Positions 24,248 to 36,958 of a stretch of 64,000 nucleotides of DNA are shown piece by piece. The stretch comes from Tubiluchus corallicola (lineage: Eukaryota > Animalia > Priapulida): the NCBI GenBank assembly GCA_030141605.1, contig JAQGDQ010000017.1, forward strand, positions 434,001 through 498,000, written 5' to 3'. The notes under the pieces were generated by a model. That model made no database searches. It saw only the letters and a program-made list of their open reading frames with translations, and was not told where the DNA came from. Position numbers and translations under genes: made by a program. Each line of letters starts with the position of its first letter. Position 1 is the stretch's first letter.

Positions 24248-25228
24248 ATATTTATGTATTAAACCCACATTTAATAAAGTAAATTGAACTTAACTTTTGG
24301 GTGATTCTATCTAAGCAGTTAATCATCATCATCATCATCATACGCCCGTCAGGTCTATTGTAGACATTGGGCAGGTAGAATTCTAAAATAAAAGAAATCT
24401 GCCTTCAGACAGGTAAACGCAGCAGTAATCCAGCAAAAAAAAACTAGACAAAGAGGTTCGTCTAAAGAGTCAACATGGCCAATCTTAGTCCTGCTGTCAA
24501 TTGATAAGTCCTGCACATCAAAGATCAAAGTATTTACTGTTGTAACAGTAAAAAAGTTTACTGCGAGCACCAAGAAACAACAATAAAGCTGCACGATTAT
24601 AATCAGCACTGCAATCATTTTAGTATAGTAATTATGATGAAACCGCTTATCATAACCATTGCAAAAATAACCAATTTTTTATTTGTATGTCGACTGCATT
24701 AAGTCATCTGTGGTAGTAACCACCTGCTTATTAACTCAAATTTGCTCAACTACACAGTGCTTGCACTACCTCATTCCCTTTTTCATAGAATAGCAATTTG
24801 ATTGCTAATGAAGTCTCTTTGCAAGGACATTGCTTGTTAAAAATTTCTGCAGAAAAAACTGATCTGATTATTTGTAAAGAACACTGGAATTTAATCCAAA
24901 ATTTCTAAGCGTCGCAATATTTTTCTGTAAGTATGGTTGCACCAGAATTAATTCTTGTTTAGTTTACTTACACAGGAAATCTATTAGGTGTAATTTTCAA
25001 GGAAAATTATCACGGAAAACATTAATCAGATGGGTACTGTTTACCTGTGGTTAGAAATAGTTTGTTCAAAACATGTCAACACATGATACCAAGGTGGATT
25101 ATCAGTAGATACCTTTGCTTAATTTTTCTGGTTAACATAAGCATCATTCTGTGCAAGTCTGTTACACATAGCAATCCAGTTGGCAACAGTTGCTATATTT
25201 GGTGGCGGTGGTTTATTCTCATATATAT

Positions 25229-25625
25229 TTATAATACATACATATAAATATTTACATCCGAAAGCGACTGTACGGAACAGCAATATGAGTGGTAAATATA
25301 TCCATTTACTTGAAGAACAAAGTCATAGTTAAAAATCATATTATGCTTATTTACAATTGTTAGAAAGTCAGAAGCTTTATCAGTATCATTTAGAAGTGGA
25401 CACAAGTTCGTGTTAAAATCAAAACTACATTTGTTATGAACACAGTTAGTTCTAGTGCAATCAAAAATAAAACATATTTCATCTTCCAAAACATGACAGA
25501 GATTACATAAATGCTGGTCCCTGGGGATGCCCCTCTTCTTTCCTAATTCAACCTTCAAATTGTGTGAACCTACTCTTACAAGGTCTTTAGTAACTTTCGT
25601 AAAGTTTGAATCACCCATTAAGTAC
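25229..25625 (-). mobile_element. 3' end of a non-LTR retrotransposon (C-terminal Cys-knuckle region, RTEX-like)
   Basis: RVGSHNLKVELG..RGIPRDQHLCNLCHVLEDEICFIFDC matches the SHxLxIExGR...CxxC...EDExHFxxxC pattern; ends in an AT-rich tail. Confidence 0.7.
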
Positions 25626-25628
25626 ATT

Positions 25629-26711
25629 TCAGTATCCCGAATATTTGTTACTAGTTGCAGCGAATGCATTGTCTCTGCTGTGACGCATGTCGATAGGTTT
25701 CAACTGTATTACTCTAACTGTTGACTGACGCTTATAAAAGATTTTTCTTAATTGATTTTTTATTAATGGTATTCTAGCCATGTAAATTAATGGATTAACT
25801 AACGAGTTCGAAGCCATAAAAAAGTTAAATACTGGCACCAGATAGTAGAATTTGATGGTGAGTTTCTTCCCTTTTGGTATTGTAACAGACACAGCGTAAA
25901 GCAACTGCGGCAGCCATAGCACGACATATGTGCCAATGACAAGTGCAATTGTTTGCAGTGCTTTACTGTTAGAACCCAGTGATCCATTTCTAAACATCCT
26001 TGCTTTAATGTGCTGGCTTTTCTTCACTGCGGTGTATATCCGGACATAGAGTGCAACTGGTACAAATATTGTTATGAACAATACTAGCGTGATTGTGTAT
26101 GAAAAATATTGGGACATAGGGCCAATTAAACAGAATTTCATCTTGTGGTACCTTTTTGGATCCCCACTTTTGCTAGCTAAATTCCAGTCAGTTAAAGCTG
26201 GCGTCAATGAGTAACTAAAAGAAACTATGATGGTAATAACTCCTGCAATGATTACGTGTGTTATTTTTAATCCACTTGAATGCGGATGTAAAATTTTAAT
26301 ATATCGGTCAATTGAAAGAAATAACATTCCAAATGCGGATATTAGGAAACCAGCTGTATCAATTACTGTACTGATCCAACACCAAGGTCCACGATGTGGC
26401 AGGATGCCATAATGTGGATCAATTCCTACGACAATAAATCTGAAAAATCTGCTTGCACCCATGCAAGCATCACCTAATGCAACAATGCTTACTATCAACA
26501 CAGACGTTTCTATTTTTGGTGCTCTAAACACGGCAGTAATTGTTAATGAATTGCTGGCAACAATAAGACATCCGAGCGCTAGATGTACCGAGTACAATGC
26601 AGTCAAATATGACCTTAAGCTGTAATCATTGTAGAGCATTGCATCTTCTGTGCCATTGTAGTTTTCTTTAACGGTGATATCAGTTGACATATTTGCATGT
26701 TTGGATTCCAT
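25629..26711 (-). CDS. Intronless class A GPCR, copy 6 (360 aa)
   Basis: 7TM, PWCW, SIDRY, FCL, LWLP, NSLVNPLIY. Confidence 0.92.
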   Translation of the reverse strand: MESKHANMSTDITVKENYNGTEDAMLYNDYSLRSYLTALYSVHLALGCLIVASNSLTITAVFRAPKIETSVLIVSIVALGDACMGASRFFRFIVVGIDPHYGILPHRGPWCWISTVIDTAGFLISAFGMLFLSIDRYIKILHPHSSGLKITHVIIAGVITIIVSFSYSLTPALTDWNLASKSGDPKRYHKMKFCLIGPMSQYFSYTITLVLFITIFVPVALYVRIYTAVKKSQHIKARMFRNGSLGSNSKALQTIALVIGTYVVLWLPQLLYAVSVTIPKGKKLTIKFYYLVPVFNFFMASNSLVNPLIYMARIPLIKNQLRKIFYKRQSTVRVIQLKPIDMRHSRDNAFAATSNKYSGY

Positions 26712-29549
26712 TTATGTCTTCTTTCTGCTGTTGCTTTGCAGATTCACAGCACAATTTTATTAAATTATGAATCCATTACAGACCTCGACATGGACGACAT
26801 TATTTACTTGGAAATGATGTTATTTGTTGTCAGGCAAAACAGTCCGAAATGTTTACGTTTAAACGCTTTAGTTTTGTTTCGATAAGTTGTACCACGATGA
26901 GTTTGATTATTCCTTTTCTGAGAAAATCTACATCTCTTGTGAAGATCCAACATAAAACTTCAGTAATGGTTAAGCAACTGGAATACATTACTTGGTAACA
27001 GTACGGTTAATGCTTACACTTTGGCTGTTCATTCGCATTTCAACTTCGACGTGTGAATTTATTCCATTTCTGGTTTTATACTGAAACTTGGTGCTGTAAA
27101 TCATTTACACTTACAGTTTCAGTGGTATTAAACATCCTTTTGATAACGTGTTGGTGAAATTTTAGCGTCGTGGTTTATTTTATGAACAAAAATGTCATTG
27201 TAGTTCAGCCAAATGGACTATGTTACACATTTACCTTGAACGTTAGTGCTTAATGGCGTCTACATTAGAATGCAGCTGCATTACTAGTAATTGTTTGCTC
27301 GTCTTATTATGTTCTGAATGAAATTAATTCATATAGCATTAAGTTAATTTGACTTCACATTTTGACTGCACCATTAGTGGAAAAAGTATAGTGACGGCAT
27401 TTAGAAACAATACTGTTTGTGATCCATTATTCATCTTTGTGGCTGTCAATCTTTGCAAGATTATCTGACAAATGACACTGCTTATATTGGTGATGCTATG
27501 CATGTTTTTATGAAATCTCATTGTCTCGTAATAATCGATTTAAAGAAGTCTTTGTTGCTTTAGATTAGGTTAGGTTTACTCGGATTGAGCTATAAAACAA
27601 AGATTATCCTACAATAGCCCAGTAGTGAAAATTGATCCTTGTTGTGACCATTTCTTGTTCACAGCACACAAAAAACAAGCCTACACTTTATAGAAAGAGA
27701 ACAAATATGGAAAATATTGAAAGAATTGCATTTCTTCATTGCTGAGATGTACATAACACTGATAATTAAATCAGGCTGACATATCTTGTTTTTTAAAATA
27801 AGGCTACATTTGTACAAAAAATTCAAACATTTTTGATACATTTTTAATGACACTTTATTTAGAGTACAATAACTTGTAAATTACTGATAACAATTATACA
27901 TCTTAGAACGAATTGCACTGAATACAGTCCAGTTAAATGCCATTTCAGGCACTTATTCTCTTTTTGCATCTCGAGAATTGCAATCTTTTTGCTCAGTACA
28001 GATAATTTCTATGGCCCTTCGGCAAAAAACCTTGCTTTATGTCCCTGTTTTCATATCTTTGCTTTGCTTGTCGAATGCCTTGTGGCGCTGCAATTAACGA
28101 AGGCAAGGTGCTTTCTGAATAGCATTTCTTATTCTCTCTGTTTCATTTGTCTGAGTGTTGATGAAAGTCAGAACATTTCATTTATAGAGAGGCATTGTGC
28201 TATTGTGTCATTGAAATAAATGATATCAAAAGGTTGACTTGTTTCTCCTCCTGATTATGAAACGTATCAGATTTTCATGCTTATTTAAAAATATCAATAA
28301 TATTACCTTCAAAAAAATTTGGGGATAGAAATGTTATCGCGTAATTAAACTTTGCGTATCAAAGTTTCAGGTTACATAAAATTCTTATACATGTATTACT
28401 GTACTAAACTATAACTTGCTAAGTGAAGCTGCGGATATACGTATTGATAAATTTCAAGCCAAAATAGCAGGGTTTCCTTAGCCGTGTTTTTGTGCAGTAA
28501 TGCTCAGACATAATGTGATATTTTATTCGAAAAAAAGGAAAGTTTTTAATGATATTTATGTGATTCTCAAGTATCTTACAATATTGGAAATGTAAATGCT
28601 ATTTGTTTAAGGTTTAATTTGTATTCAATGTACAGCCATTTCCAACCATACCTACCGAGACAGGAAAAATGGATAGATCCAGCTGTTTGCTCGCACAAAT
28701 AGTAAGCAGTACAGAATCGTAACCACATATACACTCCCCAATTCAGTCATAACCTCTAGATAGTCTTGTAAAGTGACATATTACCCAGAATTGAACTCTA
28801 AATTTTAAATTGTGACTGGACTGAAAATTTGCTACGATTTTTTTTGTTTCACTGTTATTCGTCACACATCAGTGCCTCGTTGCAGTCTTCACTTCAGAGT
28901 CAGCTTTTGTGATATGTATAGAAGATGTTTGCCATTTGATTATTGTTCCTAACAATGATGTCATCTCTAGCCGTTCTCTTGGGTCTTTAATCCATGTTGA
29001 CAGTAAGTCTTTAAGCCATTATTTAAATATAAGAAACGTCTTAACAGTAATTAATAGTAACATCTTAACAGTAATTAATGTATATTTGATATCTCAGGTC
29101 AAAGCAAGCTATAATCAAACATGAACAGCAAGAATATTATTTTCACATAGAATCATTATATTAACCATGGGTATTCAAAATTCTGAAAATGAACATTCAT
29201 AAAATGTTGATAGAAAACAATTTGCCTGATGATTTACAGGATTATTCTATTCTTTCTGTTGATTACTTACTACCCGCTTACTAACAAAAACTCATGTCAA
29301 AATTTTGGTCAGTTTTTGGGCATTGTTTTTTCGGAAAAGGTAGAAAGGGGCAGAATGCGAACGAAAGCGTATAGTCACACAAGGTAACAAGCACCTGAAC
29401 TGTCATTAGTCGTCCAGCTTCTAGTCACAGTCATCGTATCTCTTTATCAACTTTCATTTACTAGTTCAAGGTCCACATACTTTTAACATTTCCTTCAGAA
29501 TTCTGGTTGTTAGGAATTTGTAATCCATAAATAAATATAATTACCTATG

Positions 29550-29990
29550 TTAAAGGCTTATATAACTTCAAGAGACATTAAAGTTTTTTTAACGCATTAT
29601 TTACACAAAGAATTCATAGTTATTATTAAACAAAAGAGACTTATAAATTAAATAACTTACCTTTTCCTGGCGAATACGTGCGTTGCCATAAAGATCGCCA
29701 TGTTTTGTATCTTTGGGGCGAGTGAGCGAGAATGACATATGAGATACAGAAAGTGTCTTTGGTTGCCGATCTTTGGTGACGGCGTGACTGTACTCATAAC
29801 ATCATTCGTCTCGTGCAACAAAAATGGCGGTTCTTCAAATTTAATGCCGGTAACAACGAACTGATAAAAAAATCAAGAGAAACAAGTTTTACAGTATTTT
29901 CATATTAAAAAAAATTTAAATATTCAAAATGAGAGTAGGATTTTGAGTTGCAAAAGCTTTTTATTATAGTGAGGGTTTAGTTTGACTTTA
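29550..29990. mobile_element. Possible Kolobok-like non-autonomous element
   Basis: Bounded by ttaaag...ctttaa with internal cgccatgttttg and aaaatggcgg; TIR match is poor. Confidence 0.3.
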
Positions 29991-30262
29991 ACTTTTCAGA
30001 CATTGCTTTGTACTGCTGAAATGCATCTTCATAAAACATTTTATTATAGTTTCTTCGTTGGATTGTTATTTATTATTTAGTATTATTTATTACCTTAAAC
30101 ACCAAAACATATACATTTTATCATATTTATTCTTTGTAAATTCTCATTAAACTAACAACTTGACACAAAAGCTCGACAGAACATACTTGAGGGCATTTAA
30201 TTTTTACTCTGTGATCAACTACATTTATAGATTCCATATCAAGAAGCAACAGCTAATTAAAT

Positions 30263-31327
30263 TTAGCTTTTATACGTAACAAAGACATTGACTGTATGAC
30301 GGTGTCTGTCAGTTGTTGGTGCGAAGTGTCTTGCAGCAATACCAACTTGATGCTTAGAGAATATTTTTATTAATTGATTTCTAATTAAGGGTATTCTTGT
30401 CATATAAATCAATGGATTTATTAAGGAGTTAGATGAAAAGAAAACATTCACTACAGGGTAAATGTAGTAAAACTGAATAGTGAGCTTGTTGCCTTTAGAC
30501 GTTGAAAGCGATATCAAGTAAAAAAATTGAGGCAACCATAGCAGCACATACGTACTTACAACAAGTATTATTGTTTGTAGTGCTTTACTGTTAGAACCCA
30601 GTAAACTGTTTTTAGACATCTTTGCTTTTATTTGTTGGCTTTTCTCCACTGCTCTGTATATCTTGATATAAAGTGCAATTGATGTTAACATAGCTAGGAG
30701 AATTAATGGTGTTTTTACATATGAACTGTTGTGAGAAATAGGACCAGCTAAGCAGAACATGACCTTGTGATATCGTTCTGGATTACCACTTTTGCTAGCC
30801 AAATTCCAATCAGTTAAAATTGGTATCAATGCGTAAACAACAGAAAATCCAATTATGACACTTCCTGCAGCAATTACATGTGTTATCTTTAGTCCTTTTG
30901 AATGTGGATGTATTATTTTGATGTATCGGTCAATGGAAAGAAGCAGCATCCCATATACAGAAGCAAGGAAACCAATAATGGTCATCACTGTGCTGGTCCA
31001 GCACCACGGTCCTCGATCCGGCAAGATGTTATAATGCGGGTCGATTCCTGCTACCAAAAATCTAAACATTCCACCTATGCCTGTACATGTGTCACCAAGT
31101 GCAACAATGACTACTATCAACAATGAACTTTCAATTTTTCGTGATGTCAGCACAGCTATGATTGTTAAAACATTACTGATGACAATTGCACTTCCGAGAA
31201 TAAAATGCACTGAATACAGTCCAGTTAGATACAATCTTAGGTGGCTGTTATTATAAATAACTTCTTCTTCTAAGTATTTGTTTTGTTTTATGGCAGAGTC
31301 ATCGATAGATTCATTCATAAATTCCAT
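30263..31327 (-). CDS. Intronless class A GPCR, copy 7 (354 aa), inverted close paralogue of copies 4 and 5
   Basis: 7TM, SIDRY, FCL, LWLP, NPLIY. Confidence 0.92.
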   Translation of the reverse strand: MEFMNESIDDSAIKQNKYLEEEVIYNNSHLRLYLTGLYSVHFILGSAIVISNVLTIIAVLTSRKIESSLLIVVIVALGDTCTGIGGMFRFLVAGIDPHYNILPDRGPWCWTSTVMTIIGFLASVYGMLLLSIDRYIKIIHPHSKGLKITHVIAAGSVIIGFSVVYALIPILTDWNLASKSGNPERYHKVMFCLAGPISHNSSYVKTPLILLAMLTSIALYIKIYRAVEKSQQIKAKMSKNSLLGSNSKALQTIILVVSTYVLLWLPQFFYLISLSTSKGNKLTIQFYYIYPVVNVFFSSNSLINPLIYMTRIPLIRNQLIKIFSKHQVGIAARHFAPTTDRHRHTVNVFVTYKS

Positions 31328-33557
31328 TTCTTTGTTGTTTTATACTGTGGTTTAGGTAACATAAACATTATACAGCACTGAGCAATAAATCAAACTGAAA
31401 AAATTACTGCCAAGTAACACTGTACTCCCTGTAGTTTTCTGGAAGCTTTCTTTATTCTTACTTCACTTTACAGAATTGTTTGAATGTTGTTGACACTGTT
31501 AGCAACGCAGTACGAATGTTTTATACGCAGTATACCTATTCGATTTTAACGTCTTATGAACTCGGAATCACTTTGCTCAGAAAAAAAGTTCTGTAGTTCT
31601 TCAGAGTTTCTAGAAGGGCAGTTTTTATCATCCTTCCGTTCAAATATTTGCATTGAATATCTCCGTCTTTGAAGTGTTCCAGTTAATGACTGTCTTGCCT
31701 GAATGCTGTCTATAGTTAGTCTGTGCCTTTTGTCTGAGTGGTGATCAAAGTTATAAAGACGATAATTTTGCTTAAGGAGTTGCATTGTATTGTTTGTCCT
31801 TGAAAATGTTGAAATCAAATGTTTATTAATGAGTCTATGTTTAATAGCTTTAGAAAGAGGTTTTGCACAATGTTCAGTTTATCCTTACTTACGAAGGACA
31901 CAGTTTTGAGGACACGGTTTTTCTCACATAACTAAAGAGCCTGGTAGCCACACTTTGAGTCGCTTAAAATTCTTATTTTACTAAAGGAATCAGTGGGCAG
32001 CGGTAAGCATTACTAATGCTGAGTCCAGCACACCAGAAAGTGCACTTGCACTTTGTCAATGCTGGTTAGGTATGATCTTGAAGCTGAGTTGTTAGGAATT
32101 ACAACTTTTGAATTGTTCTCTTTTGTGTTATAGTCATCAAGAAGTGTGTTTGCATATTCCATTTTCTTTATTTGGATATCCATTGGAATGCCATATTATG
32201 TATATGGATATTCCATTTTCTAAAGTAATGCTGTTACAATGCATTAATTGTGACTACTGTTTTAGCTAGAGCTAAACTATATGAGGATCAACTATTTTGT
32301 CTTAAACAGCAGTCTTTCACTTTTTCTACATGGCAGAATCAAACATTTGTAAAAGTCTGCCAAGCTTAGGTCGACCTGATACAACTAGTTTCAGCTGACA
32401 AGAAACATTTGTAGACACATGCTCAGACTGACTGCGACTGATACCCAGTAACTAGGAAGATATGAGTTTCCTGGAATTGCAACTGCTCACGTCGACAAGG
32501 ACAGAGGGTACGCAAATAAAAAATCTCTAACCAGGCCTGTGACCAAACCACAATCATCGTTGAACAATGTTCAAGCTAAAACTTCGTGGGTACCGTGTAC
32601 CGCTAGTAGAATGTTGAGCAACTCGCCGGAATTGAGTCAAGTTCTGTTGCATCATAAACTGGAACTATATACTCAGAACTCATACTACATACTAAATACT
32701 CAGAACTAGAGACATACCATATTTTCTTCAGTCTTCAGTTGCTCTCAGTTACATTGTGCTGCAAGGTCAACCTAAGCCTGCCTCATAATCCAGTCTTACA
32801 CTCATTAACCTACTATTGTATTTATGCAGATAATGACGATGATTAATTTAACACTGTTTGGACAATTTTCATTTATTTTCCATCATCTCTGAGTGAGAGA
32901 CATTTTGTGACATAAATATGACCACACTTATACATACAGTATGTTATTTTGTAAAGACATGAAAGCTAGTTGTTTGTGACACAGGTTTCTAAAAGTGGAA
33001 TCTTGTAACAGTTTTCTAGCTTGGAAATTTGTTAATTGTGTGTTACGCAAACATATGATTGACACAGGAAACAGATCAAATTTGATCCTGTTTTTTGGCA
33101 AATTTTACAGGTTTGCAGCTTTTATCCCACTTCATCTCTGTAGTTTCAGTTCCGTTTATGACAAGCATGTGGTATTCTAATTTTGTAGCTTTAAAATTAA
33201 CTTCCTGTCAAGGACACTGACTGTTTTATGTCTTCACTCTATTTATGGCTGATGTGTTCTACACAGGCAAGCCATACTCCTGTGAAAATTAAGAAGTATT
33301 CTAACCGTAAATGAGTAGTAAAAAATTTTGAAGACAACATTTACTAACAACGAGTGAATACTAGAGACATAAATTACTATTATTAATGTAAACAATTTTG
33401 CTGTTACTGCAAGAAATTTTTACAGTACACTTGTACACACAAATTTATACATTTCAAATTAAGTAGTAATACCAAGCATAATTTAATTGCAGCAGATACA
33501 TATTAAAGCAAAACAGAGCTTTGAAATTTCCAAAAAGAAGCATGTCACTGCTCCTTG

Positions 33558-34631
33558 TCATTTACTCCTAAGTGTAAAAGAGAGATTGGCTATACGAGGG
33601 TTTCTCTCAATGGCCAGCTCAATGTTTTGTGCAGCAACTCGCGCTTGACGCTTACAGAACATTTTTGTTAATTGATTTCTAACTAACGGTATTCTTGTCA
33701 TGTAAATCAATGGATTTATTAAAGAATTTGAAGCAAAGAAGAGATTTACGACAGGGAGAATGTAGTAAAATTGGATGGTGACCTTCTTGCCTTTGGGTAT
33801 TGTAAGTGATAACATGTGAAAGAACTGTGGCAGCCATAACAGCACATATGTACTGACAACGAGTGCTATTGTTTGTAGTGCTCTACTATTAGAACCCAGT
33901 GAGCTGTTTTTAAACATCTTTGCTTTTACTTGCTGGCTTTTGCTCACTGCAATGTATATCCGGATGTAAAGTACAATCGATAGGAACATGGGTGTGAGAA
34001 ATAATGTCGTAGTTATATACGAAAAGCTTTGGGAAAGCGGACCTGCCAAACAGAACGTGAACTTGTGATATTGTTTTTTATCTTCACTTTGGCTAGCCAA
34101 GTTCCAGTTAGTTGCAGCTGGTATTAATGCATAAAGAACAGAAAATCCAATGATAGCAATTGCCGCAATAAATACGTGTGTTATTTTTAATCCACTTGAA
34201 TGCGGTTGTAAAATTTTAATGTATCGGTCAATTGAAAGAAATGACATTCCAAATGCAGATATTAGGAAACCAGCTGCGTCAGTTACTGTGCTTATCCAAC
34301 ACCAAGGTCCACGATGTGGCAGGATGCCATAATGTGGATCAATTTCTACGACAATAAATCTGAAAAATCTGCTTGCACCCATGCAAGCATCACCTAATGC
34401 AACAATGGTTACTATCAACACAGACGTTTCTATTTTTGGTGCTTTAAACACCGCAGTAATTGTTAATGAATTGCTGGCAACAATAAGACATCCGAGTGCT
34501 AAATGTACCGAGTACAATGCAGTCAGATATGACCTTAAGCTGTAATCGTTGTAGAGCATTGCATCTTCTGTGCCATTGTAGATTTCTTCAACGGTGATAT
34601 CAATTGACATATTTGCATGTTTGGATTCCAT
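33558..34631 (-). CDS. Intronless class A GPCR, copy 8 (357 aa, mosaic)
   Basis: 7TM, SIDRY, FCL, LWLP, NPLIY; N-half nearly identical to copy 6. Confidence 0.92.
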   Translation of the reverse strand: MESKHANMSIDITVEEIYNGTEDAMLYNDYSLRSYLTALYSVHLALGCLIVASNSLTITAVFKAPKIETSVLIVTIVALGDACMGASRFFRFIVVEIDPHYGILPHRGPWCWISTVTDAAGFLISAFGMSFLSIDRYIKILQPHSSGLKITHVFIAAIAIIGFSVLYALIPAATNWNLASQSEDKKQYHKFTFCLAGPLSQSFSYITTTLFLTPMFLSIVLYIRIYIAVSKSQQVKAKMFKNSSLGSNSRALQTIALVVSTYVLLWLPQFFHMLSLTIPKGKKVTIQFYYILPVVNLFFASNSLINPLIYMTRIPLVRNQLTKMFCKRQARVAAQNIELAIERNPRIANLSFTLRSK

Positions 34632-35836
34632 CCTCTATTACAGATGCACAGCACAATTTTAATTAATCTGTCGCCTAGTGCAAGAAGATCTACTATCAAT
34701 GGCGAACTTACAATTTCTCGTTACGTCGGCGCAGTTATGATTCTTAGCACATTACCAATAAGAATTGTACTTCCAAGAACAAAATATGCTAAATGCAGTG
34801 TATTCCAAGTAGTGTCTTTAGGTGCTTATTGCTGTCCACAACGTCTATGCATTTGTCTTGTTTTGTGGAAAAGATATTAACAGATTTCATTTCTCTATCG
34901 TTAAATGCCTATCGTTATTGATAATGTAACATTACACAATGTCGAGAAAGAAGTCTAACAAACAAACTAGTGTATGGCATTAACATCAATGTGTACTGTT
35001 TGATGCACTATGAATATACACTATATATGCTGACAAAACATCAGAGCACATAACACTCATTACACTCAATTACTATTCTTGACTGCCAGACATATTTTAT
35101 TGCTTGAAACTTGCATTCACACTGCAATTAAACAGTGCATGTGTTATTTGCACAGTTTTTCTGCAGTTCATCGGCTTACATATTACACGAAGGATGGCTT
35201 GATTTTGCTTTGGTTGTCAAAGTGCCTTGGGTCTTGTAATTAGTGGCTGTGCCTGAACAAAATTGGAGAGTGTTGATTAAAGTCACAAATAAAGAAAATT
35301 TTCCTCAAGAAAGGGCATTTCATATATATATATAGTTATTTGATGAAATCACAACTTGCTCTTCACAAAAAGCTGTCAAGAAAATGATTAGTTTTCATCC
35401 TTGCTTACAGATATTAACAATATTATTTTCTTACAAAGCAGAGCTAACCACGCAACAACTGTTGAAAGTTAGTTTAAATGACTTTTGCATCATATGGCAC
35501 ATGCACAGTCATTTCAGAGAGTTAAGTACATACAGGATATTTGAGTAGTTTATGTGTATTGAGCCTCATTGGGTGATATAAACTATAACAGGAATTCCGA
35601 GCTAACCAGATCAAAATTAAGCAAATTAGATTATTTGTGTGAACATAAAGTTAAAATGTATGTAATTATATGTATACGTAGAGAATTCAAACGCATTGTT
35701 TGTTTGTGTAAATTAAAGCGGAAAAGATATAGATCTAGACTTTCCTACACGCTGGACTACTTTATTGCATCTTATGAGCTATGTACAAGCATTGCCTAGT
35801 TTTTATACGATTTTCCTGATATACAAAAGATATTGT

Positions 35837-36958
35837 TCAAGCGTCAGTTAATGCATTGACATGGCTACTATTTGGAGTTGTAGTATTACGTTGACCTCTG
35901 CTCAATGTAACAAGACTATTGCCTTTACCGATGCTTCCTTCTGTTGCTGTTATAGCTGGTTGTACACTAACTCGAGCTTTATGACTGTGGAACATATGAG
36001 CTAATCTATTTTTAATCAGTGGTATTCTAGTCATGTAAATCAATGGATTAATCAATGAGTTTGCAGTGAGTATAAGTTTAAGCCATGGTTGAAGGTAAAT
36101 AAAGTCAGCTGTGAAACCTTTACCCCCGTACACAATGGAAATTATAATAAGATAGAGTGTTTGTGGTAGCCACAACAGCACGTATGTTCCAACGATGAGT
36201 ATTATCGTCTGCAGTGCTTTACTGTTCGAACCTAGCGAGCTATTTTTAGACATCTTTTGCTTTATCTGATTACTTTTTCTCACTGCAATGTATATCCTGA
36301 TATAAAGAACAATTGATGCAAACATGGCAATTAGCCATAATGGCGTAGTTACATATGATGCACTTCTAGAAAAAGGTCCGATTAAGCATAACATTGTCTT
36401 GAAATATTCGTCTGTGTAGCCCTTTTCACTGAGAACGTTCCAGTCAGTTAAAGGTGGTAGCAGTGAATAGGCAACTGAAAATCCAATGATAGCCAATCCT
36501 GCAATGATTACATTTCTTACTTTGAATCCACTTGAATGTGGATGGATTATTTTAATGTACCTGTCAACAGAAAGGAGAAGCATTCCAAATGCTGAAACTA
36601 GGAAACCAATTAAGGTAGTCACTGCAGCTGTCCAACACCAAGGTCCTCGGTTTGACAATATGCCGTAACTTGGATCAACTCCTACAACAATGAATCTCAG
36701 AATACTGCCAGTGCCTATGCACGCATCACCCAATGCAACAACTGCTACTGATAACAGTGAACTTCCAACCTTTGGCGTGCTGAATATCAGTGTGATTGTG
36801 AGTATATTACTGACAACAATTAAGCATCCAAGGACGCAGTGTACGGCATACACACCCATCAGATATGACCTCAATGCCAAGTTGTTGAAGAAAATTACAT
36901 CTTCTGAACTGCTGTTTTCTTTGTGGAAATCATCGACAGACGCATTTGCGTATTCCAT
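35837..36958 (-). CDS. Intronless class A GPCR, copy 9 (373 aa)
   Basis: 7TM, SVDRY, LCL, LWLP, NSLINPLIY. Confidence 0.92.
   Translation of the reverse strand: MEYANASVDDFHKENSSSEDVIFFNNLALRSYLMGVYAVHCVLGCLIVVSNILTITLIFSTPKVGSSLLSVAVVALGDACIGTGSILRFIVVGVDPSYGILSNRGPWCWTAAVTTLIGFLVSAFGMLLLSVDRYIKIIHPHSSGFKVRNVIIAGLAIIGFSVAYSLLPPLTDWNVLSEKGYTDEYFKTMLCLIGPFSRSASYVTTPLWLIAMFASIVLYIRIYIAVRKSNQIKQKMSKNSSLGSNSKALQTIILIVGTYVLLWLPQTLYLIIISIVYGGKGFTADFIYLQPWLKLILTANSLINPLIYMTRIPLIKNRLAHMFHSHKARVSVQPAITATEGSIGKGNSLVTLSRGQRNTTTPNSSHVNALTDA

Noticed and set aside
31546-31870. Possible decayed LINE C-terminus upstream of GPCR7
   Set aside because: Motifs are too eroded to support by eye.
14985-36668. 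Recurrent ~60-aa antisense ORFs over the GPCRs (14985, 20504, 26227, 30902, 34150, 36486)
   Set aside because: Shadows of the conserved TM3-ICL2 codons in paralogues.
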